35,471 nucleotides of DNA from Gammaproteobacteria bacterium (GTDB lineage: Bacteria; Pseudomonadota; Gammaproteobacteria; GCA-001735895), in the NCBI GenBank assembly GCA_050298595.1, contig JBNKUM010000106.1:1-35471 (forward strand), in the 5' to 3' direction. The notes under the pieces were generated by a model that worked only from the letters and a program-made list of their open reading frames with translations, was not told the DNA's origin and did not search any database. Below are positions 8,711-17,393 of the stretch, piece after piece; positions within the stretch are counted from its first letter, which is position 1; every line of letters starts with the position of its first letter. The position numbers and the translations under genes are program-made.

Positions 8711-11347
8711 CTAACGATACTCCACGTTCTTGATTGTCATTTCAGTGCTCGATGTTATTACTCTTTCCTTTTTGATAGGCGCAGCAGCTTCATTTTTTAT
8801 ACTAATGCCGAAGAACAACAAAGTAACTACCGCAAGGGCTGCGACAGCCATAGCACTTAAGCTGATGCCTTTATCTCCGTAGTCATATGTATTTTTATGG
8901 GTTAGCTCATAAGTCATGGATGATGCTAATATTTTCTCCAGACTCTTTTTTTCACCAGTTGTGGCCATAACCAGGGACTCTCTCATTTGTTTTGCAACTT
9001 TATCGATAAAGGGTAATGACATGGGGTGCCCTGCTTCCGTGGCGATCCGGTTACAGACGACCATAGTGGTTCTGGTGTTGCCTTCCATGAATGGGTGTAT
9101 CTGCCAAAGCTCTGTCATAAAGTCAGTTAATTTTTCAGTGAATTCTGACTGATCAAGTCCTTTGAAATTATTATGTTTGTCCAACTCATTGAACAATTTT
9201 TCAGCCCTCGGGATAATTGAATCTTCGTGCTTACCTGGAGAAGCGTATTCGACAGATTTACCACCCAGGAGAGGTTCCTTTTTTCCTATTGCCAGTTCTC
9301 TTTCATCACCGGCCCAGTCAGGGTAAACGTCCTGGAATATGTAAGCGTGCGTAGCTTTAACAGCAGCGAAATCAATCTTTCCCTCCATTGGATTATCGAT
9401 GAGTTCTTTTATCCTTAAACCAGAAAAAAAAGTTTCGCACTCTCGTAACTGCTTAGGGTCTTTTTCGTCAAACCAATTTTTGAGTACATTCGTTCCCTGA
9501 TAATTATATTTTTCAATAGTGGGGTGCACGTTTGCTTGTGTTATATTTTGCATTTTTACCTGGTCCCAGTCGTAGCCTATCGGCTTATTTGTTTCAAGCC
9601 AGTCATAATCGATTGGATTCATTTGATCAAAGGATAGAGAGGTTAAACCCACATCCTTAAGTTCAACACCGAGAAATTTTGCAATGCCTTCTGATATTTC
9701 CAATATTTCATCACTACTTAAATTCTTGGTTAAAAAGTTTTCCAGGTGTTGACCGTGTTTGTTACCTTCTGTAAATGCAATCAACTGGTAGCCTTTCTCT
9801 CTCTCTGATGGTGGAGTTTCCCAACTTCCAAACAGCTCAGTACTTAGCTCAATATGGCTCAACTTACCTATATCTATGTTCTTAGAAATATCAATATTGA
9901 CGGTTTTTCCTCCGGGCAGTTCATGCCTATAAACAGTTCGCTTATTGTACTCATGTGATAAGACATTAAGGTGTTTTACATACTGCTCAGCCTGACTCTT
10001 ACTTTTGAAAAGCGCTACATCATCTTTTATGTCGAAAGTACTGCCGATTCTAATCCCCTCAACCATGTGATATACGTCACCTTTCAAAAAATCCCCTAGA
10101 TGCTCTGCTCTCTTGGATAATTCAATTACAGGCTCTAGATCATCTCCGTATTCAGGTGGATAAAAATAGGGCCTGAGCTCCATTTCGCTAACTGTGAAGC
10201 TTTTATATTTAGCTAAATCTACATTAAAATTTGCTTCTTCTGCTTTTCCATAAAGTTTATGTCCAAAATCCTCGAGTAGTTCTTGGTGCTCAGCTAGGCT
10301 TTTATTATCAAGCCAATAATTGAACTTTTTTGCATCTTCAGTGTTGTCATTTAAAGATTTCTTGAAACCATAATCTTCTGCGCTGAATACTTTATTGAAT
10401 TTCTCTCGAGCTTTGTTATATGTTTCTTCGTCGCCATTTTCACGCAATGAATTGGCATGAATAAGCTCATTAAGCGCTTCTTCCATTTTAGCACTCATAG
10501 GCTTTATAACTGTTTCATCACTCCAAGGTAAGTATATTGTTGTTTTTTCTATTTCCAATTCCTTGTGATTTAGTATTGCTCTTAGTTCTTCACTTAATTT
10601 ATTTTCTGCGGCGAGTCGTTTCTCCCGTTCTTCCTCACTATAAATATAAGCCCAGTAATTGAAATCTTTTTCGTCTTGCGGGTCAGCAAATACAGGTTTT
10701 TTTAAATCGTCTTGTGACTCATAATCATCACCGAAAAAAGCTTTATTGAAATTATTTCTCGCAATATTGTAGACTTCTTCGTCGGCTCCATTTGCTTGCT
10801 CAACAAAGGCTTTCTTAAGCTCTGATAGTGCTATTTTCATTTCATAAGGCATAACTTTAAAATTTCTCTCCCCTTCCTTGAAATTTTTAATGTTTTCACG
10901 CCATGCCTCAAAATGCTTGTTTACGCGTAGGTTATGATCGTCCCATTCTTCTGTTCCATCACTGCCACCATCGTAATATGAAAATATTTTAACCCACTCG
11001 CCCTCCCCTATGTTTACCACAGTCGGATCCATTCCTAATCCCAACGAGATGCCTTTCTCTTTTAAAAATTCCCACCCTTCGTCATTTGCCAGAGGTGTAG
11101 CGTAAAGAGGTACTCCTCCGTATTCTCGAGTGCCAGGTAAACCGCCGTAACCAAATAATCCATATTGGATATCTCTAATTTTTTGACGTACCGGTCCTTT
11201 CCAGCCTTCAGCGGGTGTCAGGCTATTTGCAGTGATTCGCAGGGCTTCTCTGGCGAGATATTTAACCTTGTCCCTGGGTGCTCTGATAAATCGTTGGAAA
11301 GTTGAAATTTCTTCAAGCTTTACAACTGTGAGGCAATACTCTCCCAT
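8711..11347 (-). CDS. Large multidomain Fic protein (FicT/VbhT-like domain) with C-terminal TM helix
   Basis: Y.Y.GTNVLKN, H.YIFQDVY..WAG..R and HPFMEGNTRT motifs. About 610-aa unknown N-terminal part. TM segment LSAMAVAALAVVTLLFFGISI. Confidence 0.88.
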   Translation of the reverse strand: MGEYCLTVVKLEEISTFQRFIRAPRDKVKYLAREALRITANSLTPAEGWKGPVRQKIRDIQYGLFGYGGLPGTREYGGVPLYATPLANDEGWEFLKEKGISLGLGMDPTVVNIGEGEWVKIFSYYDGGSDGTEEWDDHNLRVNKHFEAWRENIKNFKEGERNFKVMPYEMKIALSELKKAFVEQANGADEEVYNIARNNFNKAFFGDDYESQDDLKKPVFADPQDEKDFNYWAYIYSEEEREKRLAAENKLSEELRAILNHKELEIEKTTIYLPWSDETVIKPMSAKMEEALNELIHANSLRENGDEETYNKAREKFNKVFSAEDYGFKKSLNDNTEDAKKFNYWLDNKSLAEHQELLEDFGHKLYGKAEEANFNVDLAKYKSFTVSEMELRPYFYPPEYGDDLEPVIELSKRAEHLGDFLKGDVYHMVEGIRIGSTFDIKDDVALFKSKSQAEQYVKHLNVLSHEYNKRTVYRHELPGGKTVNIDISKNIDIGKLSHIELSTELFGSWETPPSEREKGYQLIAFTEGNKHGQHLENFLTKNLSSDEILEISEGIAKFLGVELKDVGLTSLSFDQMNPIDYDWLETNKPIGYDWDQVKMQNITQANVHPTIEKYNYQGTNVLKNWFDEKDPKQLRECETFFSGLRIKELIDNPMEGKIDFAAVKATHAYIFQDVYPDWAGDERELAIGKKEPLLGGKSVEYASPGKHEDSIIPRAEKLFNELDKHNNFKGLDQSEFTEKLTDFMTELWQIHPFMEGNTRTTMVVCNRIATEAGHPMSLPFIDKVAKQMRESLVMATTGEKKSLEKILASSMTYELTHKNTYDYGDKGISLSAMAVAALAVVTLLFFGISIKNEAAAPIKKERVITSSTEMTIKNVEYR

Positions 11348-11358
11348 GTTGATACCTC

Positions 11359-11550
11359 TTATTTTTTGTCCTGTTTAAGCGAATAGCCATTGATATCGGC
11401 ATACTCTTTTCTAATCTCGTCATGGCTTTTTTTACCATCGGCAGCCTGACCAAATAATCGTAGTATTTTAGGTGAGATATCCATACCAGCGACTTTTATA
11501 AATGCTGTGTACTTAGATAATATTGTTTGTCTGTTGTTTGTATTTTTCAT
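11359..11550 (-). CDS. VbhA/FicA-like antitoxin
   Basis: 63 aa, immediately upstream of the Fic gene. Pattern A....AGMDISP....L......G..S.DEI aligns by eye with VbhA. Confidence 0.7.
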   Translation of the reverse strand: MKNTNNRQTILSKYTAFIKVAGMDISPKILRLFGQAADGKKSHDEIRKEYADINGYSLKQDKK

Positions 11551-11555
11551 GATAT

Positions 11556-14522
11556 CTACCTTGCGATTGTATAGGTATTTATTGAACCAGATGTTTGTCT
11601 TAAGGCTGACGCACCTATCGCAGCATACAATTTTATATCTATTGACTCGTCTAGAGTCCAGGTGATGGTTTTATCCAGGTCTTTTGGATCATAGCTGCTA
11701 AAAGTATCAATATTGGCAACTTCTGTGTCATTGTAGTCAGGCAAAAGTGGTAGTGTTATATTTTTCCGTATCTCAACGGTAACCCCCGCAGGAATGATGT
11801 AGTAACCGCCTTGATTTGTTATTTCTGCATTATTTGTAACACTGAAAACTGTTGAAGTAGAATCGCTTATAGTGTGATTTAGAGTGGTAGAATTGAGGTT
11901 ATTCCTCGGAAATCCTGATTCATAAATATTTTCATATGTTGTGTATTTCTCCATATTCCTGTGGACAACCCATTCGTCTAATAAGGCTGGGTTTTGTATG
12001 AAGTAAGTGTGTACAGAAACACATGCATAATGAGAATCAAACCGATAATCTGCAAATGTTGTTTCTTGGGTGCCGCCTTCAGACCACGACCAAGAAGGAT
12101 CTGAATATCCAGACCCTTCATGACAAATCATATCACTATTATCTGCCCAGTCTGTATCTGGTTGAACAGGAACTACATCTTGATACACATTCGTGAAATC
12201 AGATGTAATGACTGGAGCTTCAATTACATCCCAATCGGAACCATTCCATTTATCAATTGAGTTTATGTCGATCCATGATGATGTGGAGTTATACGCATTA
12301 ATATAACGTGCTCTCCAATGCTCAGTTGATATCGTAGCCATTCTGTTTACTCTTATCGCAGTTTCATAAACCTGCTCAATTGAGTGATTATCGGTAGTGC
12401 TGAAATCCATATAGATTGGGTTGTCAGATCCATTGGAGATAGTTGCCACAGAAGAAACCGAATTACCAAATATAGTTGATCGACTAGTGAATGGCTTATT
12501 AATAACACTAGCCCCGTCAGAACTGCCAGTTGCAGTGACATTGTAGAGAAGAACATCAAACTGCATTTTGTACGATATTAATGTTGAGTGACCAACATTA
12601 TCAGTTACTTTCACAGTCACTACATGATTATCCGTGGTAGAAGTAATAAACCAGTCTGAACCTAAATATTCTGTAGTGATAGGCAAAATATAGTAACCAT
12701 CTAATGATCCAGGAATTGAGCTTTTAAAACCGGTATTTAAGCTTGTCCAATCAACAACCAATTCATCATTTTTTTCATATTTATATTCAACCTTCAAATC
12801 CTCGAACTGAGAATATACATTTGCCCCAACAACATCACCGGCTGAAAACTCTAAGTATACAAAGTTCAGACTTTGTAAGTTTCTATCTGCTGATGCTCCG
12901 TTTAGTGAAACACGGTCAGAACGCACACAAAGCGGAACTGAACTATCTGTAACAAAATTCTCATAATTACATAAGGCGTACTGACCTTGATATGTGGTGT
13001 GTAATATAGACCTTGTTCTTGGTGTTACGGAGGGAGGTAGGAGGTCGACTCCGACTTGATAACTTTGTGTAGTAGAGTTTGTCAGCTCGTCAACAGCAAC
13101 GACACCAAATGAATTTTGACCGCTAGTTAATGTTATATTCGCTTCCCATGTACCATCTGGATTAATCGTAGCGGCTTCACCATCAACAGTGATTGACTGT
13201 ATGTCAGAACCTGAACTAATCCAAGTTCCTGTAGCGGTGTAATCAGTACTACCCACTACAGCAGCTGAGGTCATATTAATTGCAGGGCCTGTATTCGATA
13301 TGTTGTAAGTTGCTAAAAGAGTTGTTTCGTTGCCGATCAGATCAACCGCGACTACTTTTACGACATGGCTACCGTCTGTGTAATTTGATGTATTCAGGTT
13401 TAGCGTTGTTCCAGTGGGGCCGTTCGTGGTCACTAAGCCGTTATCCACATAAAAAGAAATCGTTTTTACTCCAACCGGATCATCTATTGAGAAAGGGATA
13501 TCAGTTGTACCACCGATATAACTATTTTCTGCCAGTTGCAATCCAACAGCAGGCCCCTCATTATCAACAGGTTGCCCTGGTTCTCCAGCCCAGATGCTGT
13601 CTGTATTCGTTGAGAGTGCGTTAGCAAATACTAAAAGCTTTTCAATATCCAGACCTGTCTTATTTTCATCAGATTTAGCGAAGCTTAGTATCCTCTGCGC
13701 CAGTATATTGCGGTACATGATTGGGGTGATCGGGTAGGTACCAAAAGCTAGTGAGCCAATGGTTGTACTGTCTATATACCCATTTCCGTTAAGCATCCCA
13801 TCAGCTTTGATATCGTTGCATGCTACTCTTGACCACTGCATCGATGTAAGAAACGTCTCGCTATGAGGATCTAGCCCGTTGGCTCCTGAGACATCAGCCA
13901 TCGATGTCGAAATACCTGCGGTCAGAAATCCATATTTAAGTCCTGGTGTTAACTCTATATTTGCACTGTTGATATCAGTCACATCAATAGGTTTTGTCTG
14001 GATGATTTCAACACCTGCAATTGACGCTATTTTTGAATTAGCGAGATTTAAAGCATCAGGTACGCTCTCCCCTTCTGCCACTAAATATTCAGCATAGCAT
14101 CGGGCCAAATTAGTGAATGGTGTAACCTGGAGTGTCAGGGTCTCGCCTGATTGATAGTTGGTGATAGCGCTGATATTTTGGCCTGCTGATAAGCCAATGC
14201 TTTTGCCGCTAGCTTCTTCGGTGTATGCGCCACTGTCACCGGCGACTATCATAATGGGTTTGTCTTCTGAAACGAGTTCAAGCGCGTAGTTGCCATCACC
14301 GTCTGTTTCTGTTTGACCCAGTAGAGCTCCTTTTTTGCCAGTTGACCAATCGTATATCTTAATCTGTGCATTGCGCAGGGGTGCATCGTGAGCAACACCT
14401 GAGAAAGATCCGGCTGGTCGTGTCGGTGGTAAGTCGCTCCCTCCCCCGCTGTTGCCACTGCCGCCACAACCTGTTAAACCCGTTAATAATAGTACCGCTG
14501 AAACTCCTATTATCCTTTTCAT
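11556..14522 (-). CDS. Large outer-membrane lipoprotein with Ig-like domains (putative adhesin)
   Basis: Lipobox LTGC (Cys19) followed by a Gly/Ser tether. Ig-like signatures such as LNTSNYTDGSHVVKVVAVDLIGN and ATINPDGTWEANITLTSGQNSFGVVAVD. T/S/N/D-rich. Confidence 0.85.
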   Translation of the reverse strand: MKRIIGVSAVLLLTGLTGCGGSGNSGGGSDLPPTRPAGSFSGVAHDAPLRNAQIKIYDWSTGKKGALLGQTETDGDGNYALELVSEDKPIMIVAGDSGAYTEEASGKSIGLSAGQNISAITNYQSGETLTLQVTPFTNLARCYAEYLVAEGESVPDALNLANSKIASIAGVEIIQTKPIDVTDINSANIELTPGLKYGFLTAGISTSMADVSGANGLDPHSETFLTSMQWSRVACNDIKADGMLNGNGYIDSTTIGSLAFGTYPITPIMYRNILAQRILSFAKSDENKTGLDIEKLLVFANALSTNTDSIWAGEPGQPVDNEGPAVGLQLAENSYIGGTTDIPFSIDDPVGVKTISFYVDNGLVTTNGPTGTTLNLNTSNYTDGSHVVKVVAVDLIGNETTLLATYNISNTGPAINMTSAAVVGSTDYTATGTWISSGSDIQSITVDGEAATINPDGTWEANITLTSGQNSFGVVAVDELTNSTTQSYQVGVDLLPPSVTPRTRSILHTTYQGQYALCNYENFVTDSSVPLCVRSDRVSLNGASADRNLQSLNFVYLEFSAGDVVGANVYSQFEDLKVEYKYEKNDELVVDWTSLNTGFKSSIPGSLDGYYILPITTEYLGSDWFITSTTDNHVVTVKVTDNVGHSTLISYKMQFDVLLYNVTATGSSDGASVINKPFTSRSTIFGNSVSSVATISNGSDNPIYMDFSTTDNHSIEQVYETAIRVNRMATISTEHWRARYINAYNSTSSWIDINSIDKWNGSDWDVIEAPVITSDFTNVYQDVVPVQPDTDWADNSDMICHEGSGYSDPSWSWSEGGTQETTFADYRFDSHYACVSVHTYFIQNPALLDEWVVHRNMEKYTTYENIYESGFPRNNLNSTTLNHTISDSTSTVFSVTNNAEITNQGGYYIIPAGVTVEIRKNITLPLLPDYNDTEVANIDTFSSYDPKDLDKTITWTLDESIDIKLYAAIGASALRQTSGSINTYTIAR

Positions 14523-14534
14523 TTTTTTCTCCCG

Positions 14535-15101
14535 TTAAAAATTTAAACTAAATCCGATGTCTACGCCTTCAAGCGTGTCTGATAGTGGTAATTGATATCC
14601 AATACTGAAACCTATTCCCATATCCCTGTTAATTTCCCATGTGTTCGTTAGCCTCGCAGCAAGGGCAAAATTTGTTCCGCTTTGGTCGGGGAATTGCTGT
14701 GCCAGGAACCCGTCTTTATCAATGGTATGGCGTTTTGAAAACTCATCCATGTTGATGACGAGACCAACCCCTGCCCAGGGTTTAAAGTCTCTTCCCCATT
14801 TTAACCGACTCTCGTAATAAGTCGCTAGCGAAATAGTTTTAACTTGTTGACCTATTTTGGATGTGCTGGCATCAAGTTCAAAATCATAATAAGTACCTTC
14901 AGATATTATCTGTGTGTCCCTGGATGTTTTGTACTTCACTGTGGCACTTAATAACTGGAGTACAGATGATGTTTCTGTTGATCCATCCGGATCGTTCACC
15001 TGGAAGGTTACGAATTTTGGGGTCCATGCATAGCTGATGCTGTCCTCTGCTATCGCGTTTGATGAGATTACTATTAAAACTGCAAATATTCCTTTTTTCA
15101 T
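14535..15101 (-). CDS. Small outer-membrane beta-barrel protein
   Basis: Signal peptide ending AIA; alternating amphipathic strands; KPWAGVGL; C-terminal GFSLNF beta-signal; size fits about 8 strands. Confidence 0.85.
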   Translation of the reverse strand: MKKGIFAVLIVISSNAIAEDSISYAWTPKFVTFQVNDPDGSTETSSVLQLLSATVKYKTSRDTQIISEGTYYDFELDASTSKIGQQVKTISLATYYESRLKWGRDFKPWAGVGLVINMDEFSKRHTIDKDGFLAQQFPDQSGTNFALAARLTNTWEINRDMGIGFSIGYQLPLSDTLEGVDIGFSLNF

Positions 15102-15104
15102 TAC

Positions 15105-15428
15105 TTACTTACCTGATATTTTGCTAACTAAAATTCGTTCGTTTTCCTCGGCTTCTTTCACCTGGTCTTTACTGACAATCAGTTCTATTACAGTTAAGTT
15201 GTTCTTTTCTAATATTGCGCTCAACCTGGATTCCACTGTGTTTATCACCCGAGAAAGACTTTGCTTGTGTGACCCTTCAGATTTAAGGACTTCAGTACGA
15301 GGTATATTTTCCACAAGTACCTTGTATGCGATCATAAGGTTTTTTTTGCTTAGCCTTGATCCTTTGGTAGCTAAATCAAATTGTGTTTTATTCATTTTGA
15401 ATTCTGCGTCTTCTTCGTTGTGGCGCAT
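15105..15428 (-). CDS. KorA/TrfB(ArdK)-like transcriptional repressor
   Basis: QF..A...S......IA..VLV...P.......G..KQSLSR.I matches the KorA HTH layout. Alternative start at 15395. Confidence 0.75.
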   Translation of the reverse strand: MRHNEEDAEFKMNKTQFDLATKGSRLSKKNLMIAYKVLVENIPRTEVLKSEGSHKQSLSRVINTVESRLSAILEKNNLTVIELIVSKDQVKEAEENERILVSKISGK

Positions 15429-15467
15429 TGTATCGGTCTAATCCTGTATTGTTAATCAATCCTCTCT

Positions 15468-15511
15468 AATATAGCTTCAGGTGGTTACTTGTCAACAGTT
15501 AAAGCTATATT
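15468..15511 (-). promoter_or_regulatory. Promoter of the KorA-like operon, bracketed by an inverted repeat
   Basis: Minus strand TTGACA-16-TATATT. AATATAGCTT...AAGCTATATT arms flank the promoter. Confidence 0.75.
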
Positions 15512-15699
15512 TATGAATAAATTCATGGATTTGAGAATATTCCGGGAGTTCTTCAGCGAACCGATAACATTTTCTTCCTATTGTCCTTCGGGCTATTTAG
15601 TAATGCAGTTTTAAGTTATTCGTTAAATATGCGGCTTGGAGCCGCGCATCAGATCATCAAATGCGGTTTTATCTTGTCGAGGTTTCGATGAGCCGAGTA

Positions 15700-15817
15700 T
15701 TACAGGGATGTATTAATTTATACAGGGATGTATTCCTTATGTGAGCGCAGCGAGCTGTAAGGCATGGATGCCGCGCTAGGGTGTGAGCTTGCGAACGGGT
15801 GCCTACAGGGATGTAGG
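15700..15817. repeat. Three copies of TACAGGGATGTA
   Basis: At 15701, 15721 and 15804; each is TACA-GGGA-TGTA (dyad). Confidence 0.85.
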
Positions 15818-15869
15818 AGGCCGGAGTTGTTTTCCGTGCAAATTTTTCGGTTTTTGGCATGGAATTCGC

Positions 15870-16252
15870 TCTTTATGGTTAAAGAGGTTAAAAAGGGTTA
15901 GCTAAAATAGATTCTAAATTAAGTCCTTTTATTTCAATATGTTAACTTCGATTAATTATCCACAGGTAGTTAAATCTACGACATTCGGTTGTTAAGAATA
16001 CGATAATTTTTACAGTTCGGTACGACACTAGTAGTTAAGAATACGACACTAAGTTGCTAAGAATACGACACTAAGTTGTTAAGAATACGACACTGAATCT
16101 ATATTTATCCACAGACTGGAGTCTCAAAGTTAAGTCTATGAAATAGCTCCAGTGTTCCCCATTACGCAATTGAGTAACAGGTTGGCATTCAGGTAGTTAA
16201 AAATACGACACTTCAATATTTCCTGGATGACAGGTAGTTAAGAATACGACAA
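15870..16252. other. Iteron-type replication origin (oriV)
   Basis: GTWGTTAAGAATACGACAC-like iterons at 15966, 15988, ~16010, 16031, 16053, 16075 (~22-bp period) plus two at ~16193 and ~16234. Perfect DnaA boxes TTATCCACA at 15956 and 16105. AT-rich GGTTA repeats at 15877-15905. Confidence 0.92.
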
Positions 16253-16257
16253 CCCTG

Positions 16258-17082
16258 TCACAGGGGTATCACATCTTTGCCGTTTGCTCTCGATACCCTG
16301 ACTAGATTTTCTTTTATTTCAAAATCGAGTAGAAACCCTGTGTCTACCAGCTCCTTTAGGTATTTTGGTAGGGCTTGTTTAAATGACTTTTGTTCGCTTT
16401 TGATATTACAAAGCTGGTAAAGCTTGGTAACAGTTACAGGGAAAGGGGTCCTATGGCTTGCTACCCATCCGTGCAGTCTTTTGGCAATGGGGCTCAATTT
16501 CACCCTCCTTTCCCATTCTAGCTGTGTATAGTGCACATCACCGTAAAGAGCATTCATTTCTGGTTCTACCCATACTTTCCATTTGTTTTCAGTTCCTGTC
16601 ATATCTCTATATTCAAACTTTCGTATTAGAGATACTGTGCTTGCATGGCCAAGTCTTTTAGAGCTGACGGTGACCGTTGTAGCCTGCATCCTGGATAAAC
16701 ATTCTCTAAGCCTCTCATAGTGAGCTTGGGATGGCCGATTTTTTCCTTTAGCCCAACCCAGTTCCTTAATCATGCTATAAGGCGTGAATTCTATTCGGTT
16801 GCCAAGTTGCTGGTTCCTGGCTATATGCATGACTTGCAGCCATACATCTTCATCATAGGTCCTTAGTTCTTCACCTCGATATGTGATTTCACCATCACCC
16901 AGGACAAACAAAACAGCATCTTTGAATATTTCGCGTTCCCCTCGAATACGTGCGGTGAACAGGCTGGATCGTATAACTTCGTTGGGTGTCCCACGAAACT
17001 TTTCATCCCAGAGCGGTAGCTGTTTTGGTGCTTTAGCTGCTCGCTCTTCTATCTTTTTTAAGGTGTCTTCTAAATCCTTCAT
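16258..17082 (-). CDS. trfA: Replication initiator, TrfA family
   Basis: QLPLW clamp-binding motif; RGTPN..IRSSLFTA, ITYRGEEL...DEDVW, L.RMQAT and SLIRKF motifs; adjacent iterons. Confidence 0.9.
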   Translation of the reverse strand: MKDLEDTLKKIEERAAKAPKQLPLWDEKFRGTPNEVIRSSLFTARIRGEREIFKDAVLFVLGDGEITYRGEELRTYDEDVWLQVMHIARNQQLGNRIEFTPYSMIKELGWAKGKNRPSQAHYERLRECLSRMQATTVTVSSKRLGHASTVSLIRKFEYRDMTGTENKWKVWVEPEMNALYGDVHYTQLEWERRVKLSPIAKRLHGWVASHRTPFPVTVTKLYQLCNIKSEQKSFKQALPKYLKELVDTGFLLDFEIKENLVRVSRANGKDVIPL

Positions 17083-17363
17083 TCTTCCTTACCTTGTACA
17101 TAAATTTTTTTGGATGCCAAGGACTCGATTAAGGCCCTGACTTCGTTTTCCATAAAAGTCGTGCCTCCATCAGGGTCGAGGTTATTATTGAACACTTCAC
17201 TAATAATCATTATTTGATTAAAGCAATTGGTAAACCCTACAAAGAAGTTTTCTCCCGCAGCTATGCATTTGTACTTGCCTGTTTCAGCTATCAATGTGCC
17301 TTCGCTTAAATAATCTTCTCTGTTGTTAACCAGTTTGAATTCAATTTTACATCCTTGGAGCAT
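17079..17363 (-). CDS. Hypothetical protein coupled to trfA
   Basis: ORF 17079-17390; likely ATG at 17363 with GAGGA RBS; 4-nt overlap with the trfA start. Confidence 0.65.
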   Translation of the reverse strand: MLQGCKIEFKLVNNREDYLSEGTLIAETGKYKCIAAGENFFVGFTNCFNQIMIISEVFNNNLDPDGGTTFMENEVRALIESLASKKIYVQGKEE

Positions 17364-17393
17364 TTTTCTATCCTCAGCTATGCCTTGCAATGC

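Noticed and set aside
12353-14551. Short alternative-frame and antisense ORFs inside long genes (here and throughout the tra region)
   Set aside because: They are nested in well-supported CDSs with no independent signals.
15669-15860. 63-aa ORF next to oriV (likewise 21374-21556 and 21577-21774 in the oriT region)
   Set aside because: These overlap repeat or origin elements and lack a convincing RBS or protein-like features.
15966-16252. Regular ~22-bp repeats as a CRISPR array
   Set aside because: No unique spacers and no cas genes. Position beside trfA and DnaA boxes identifies them as iterons.
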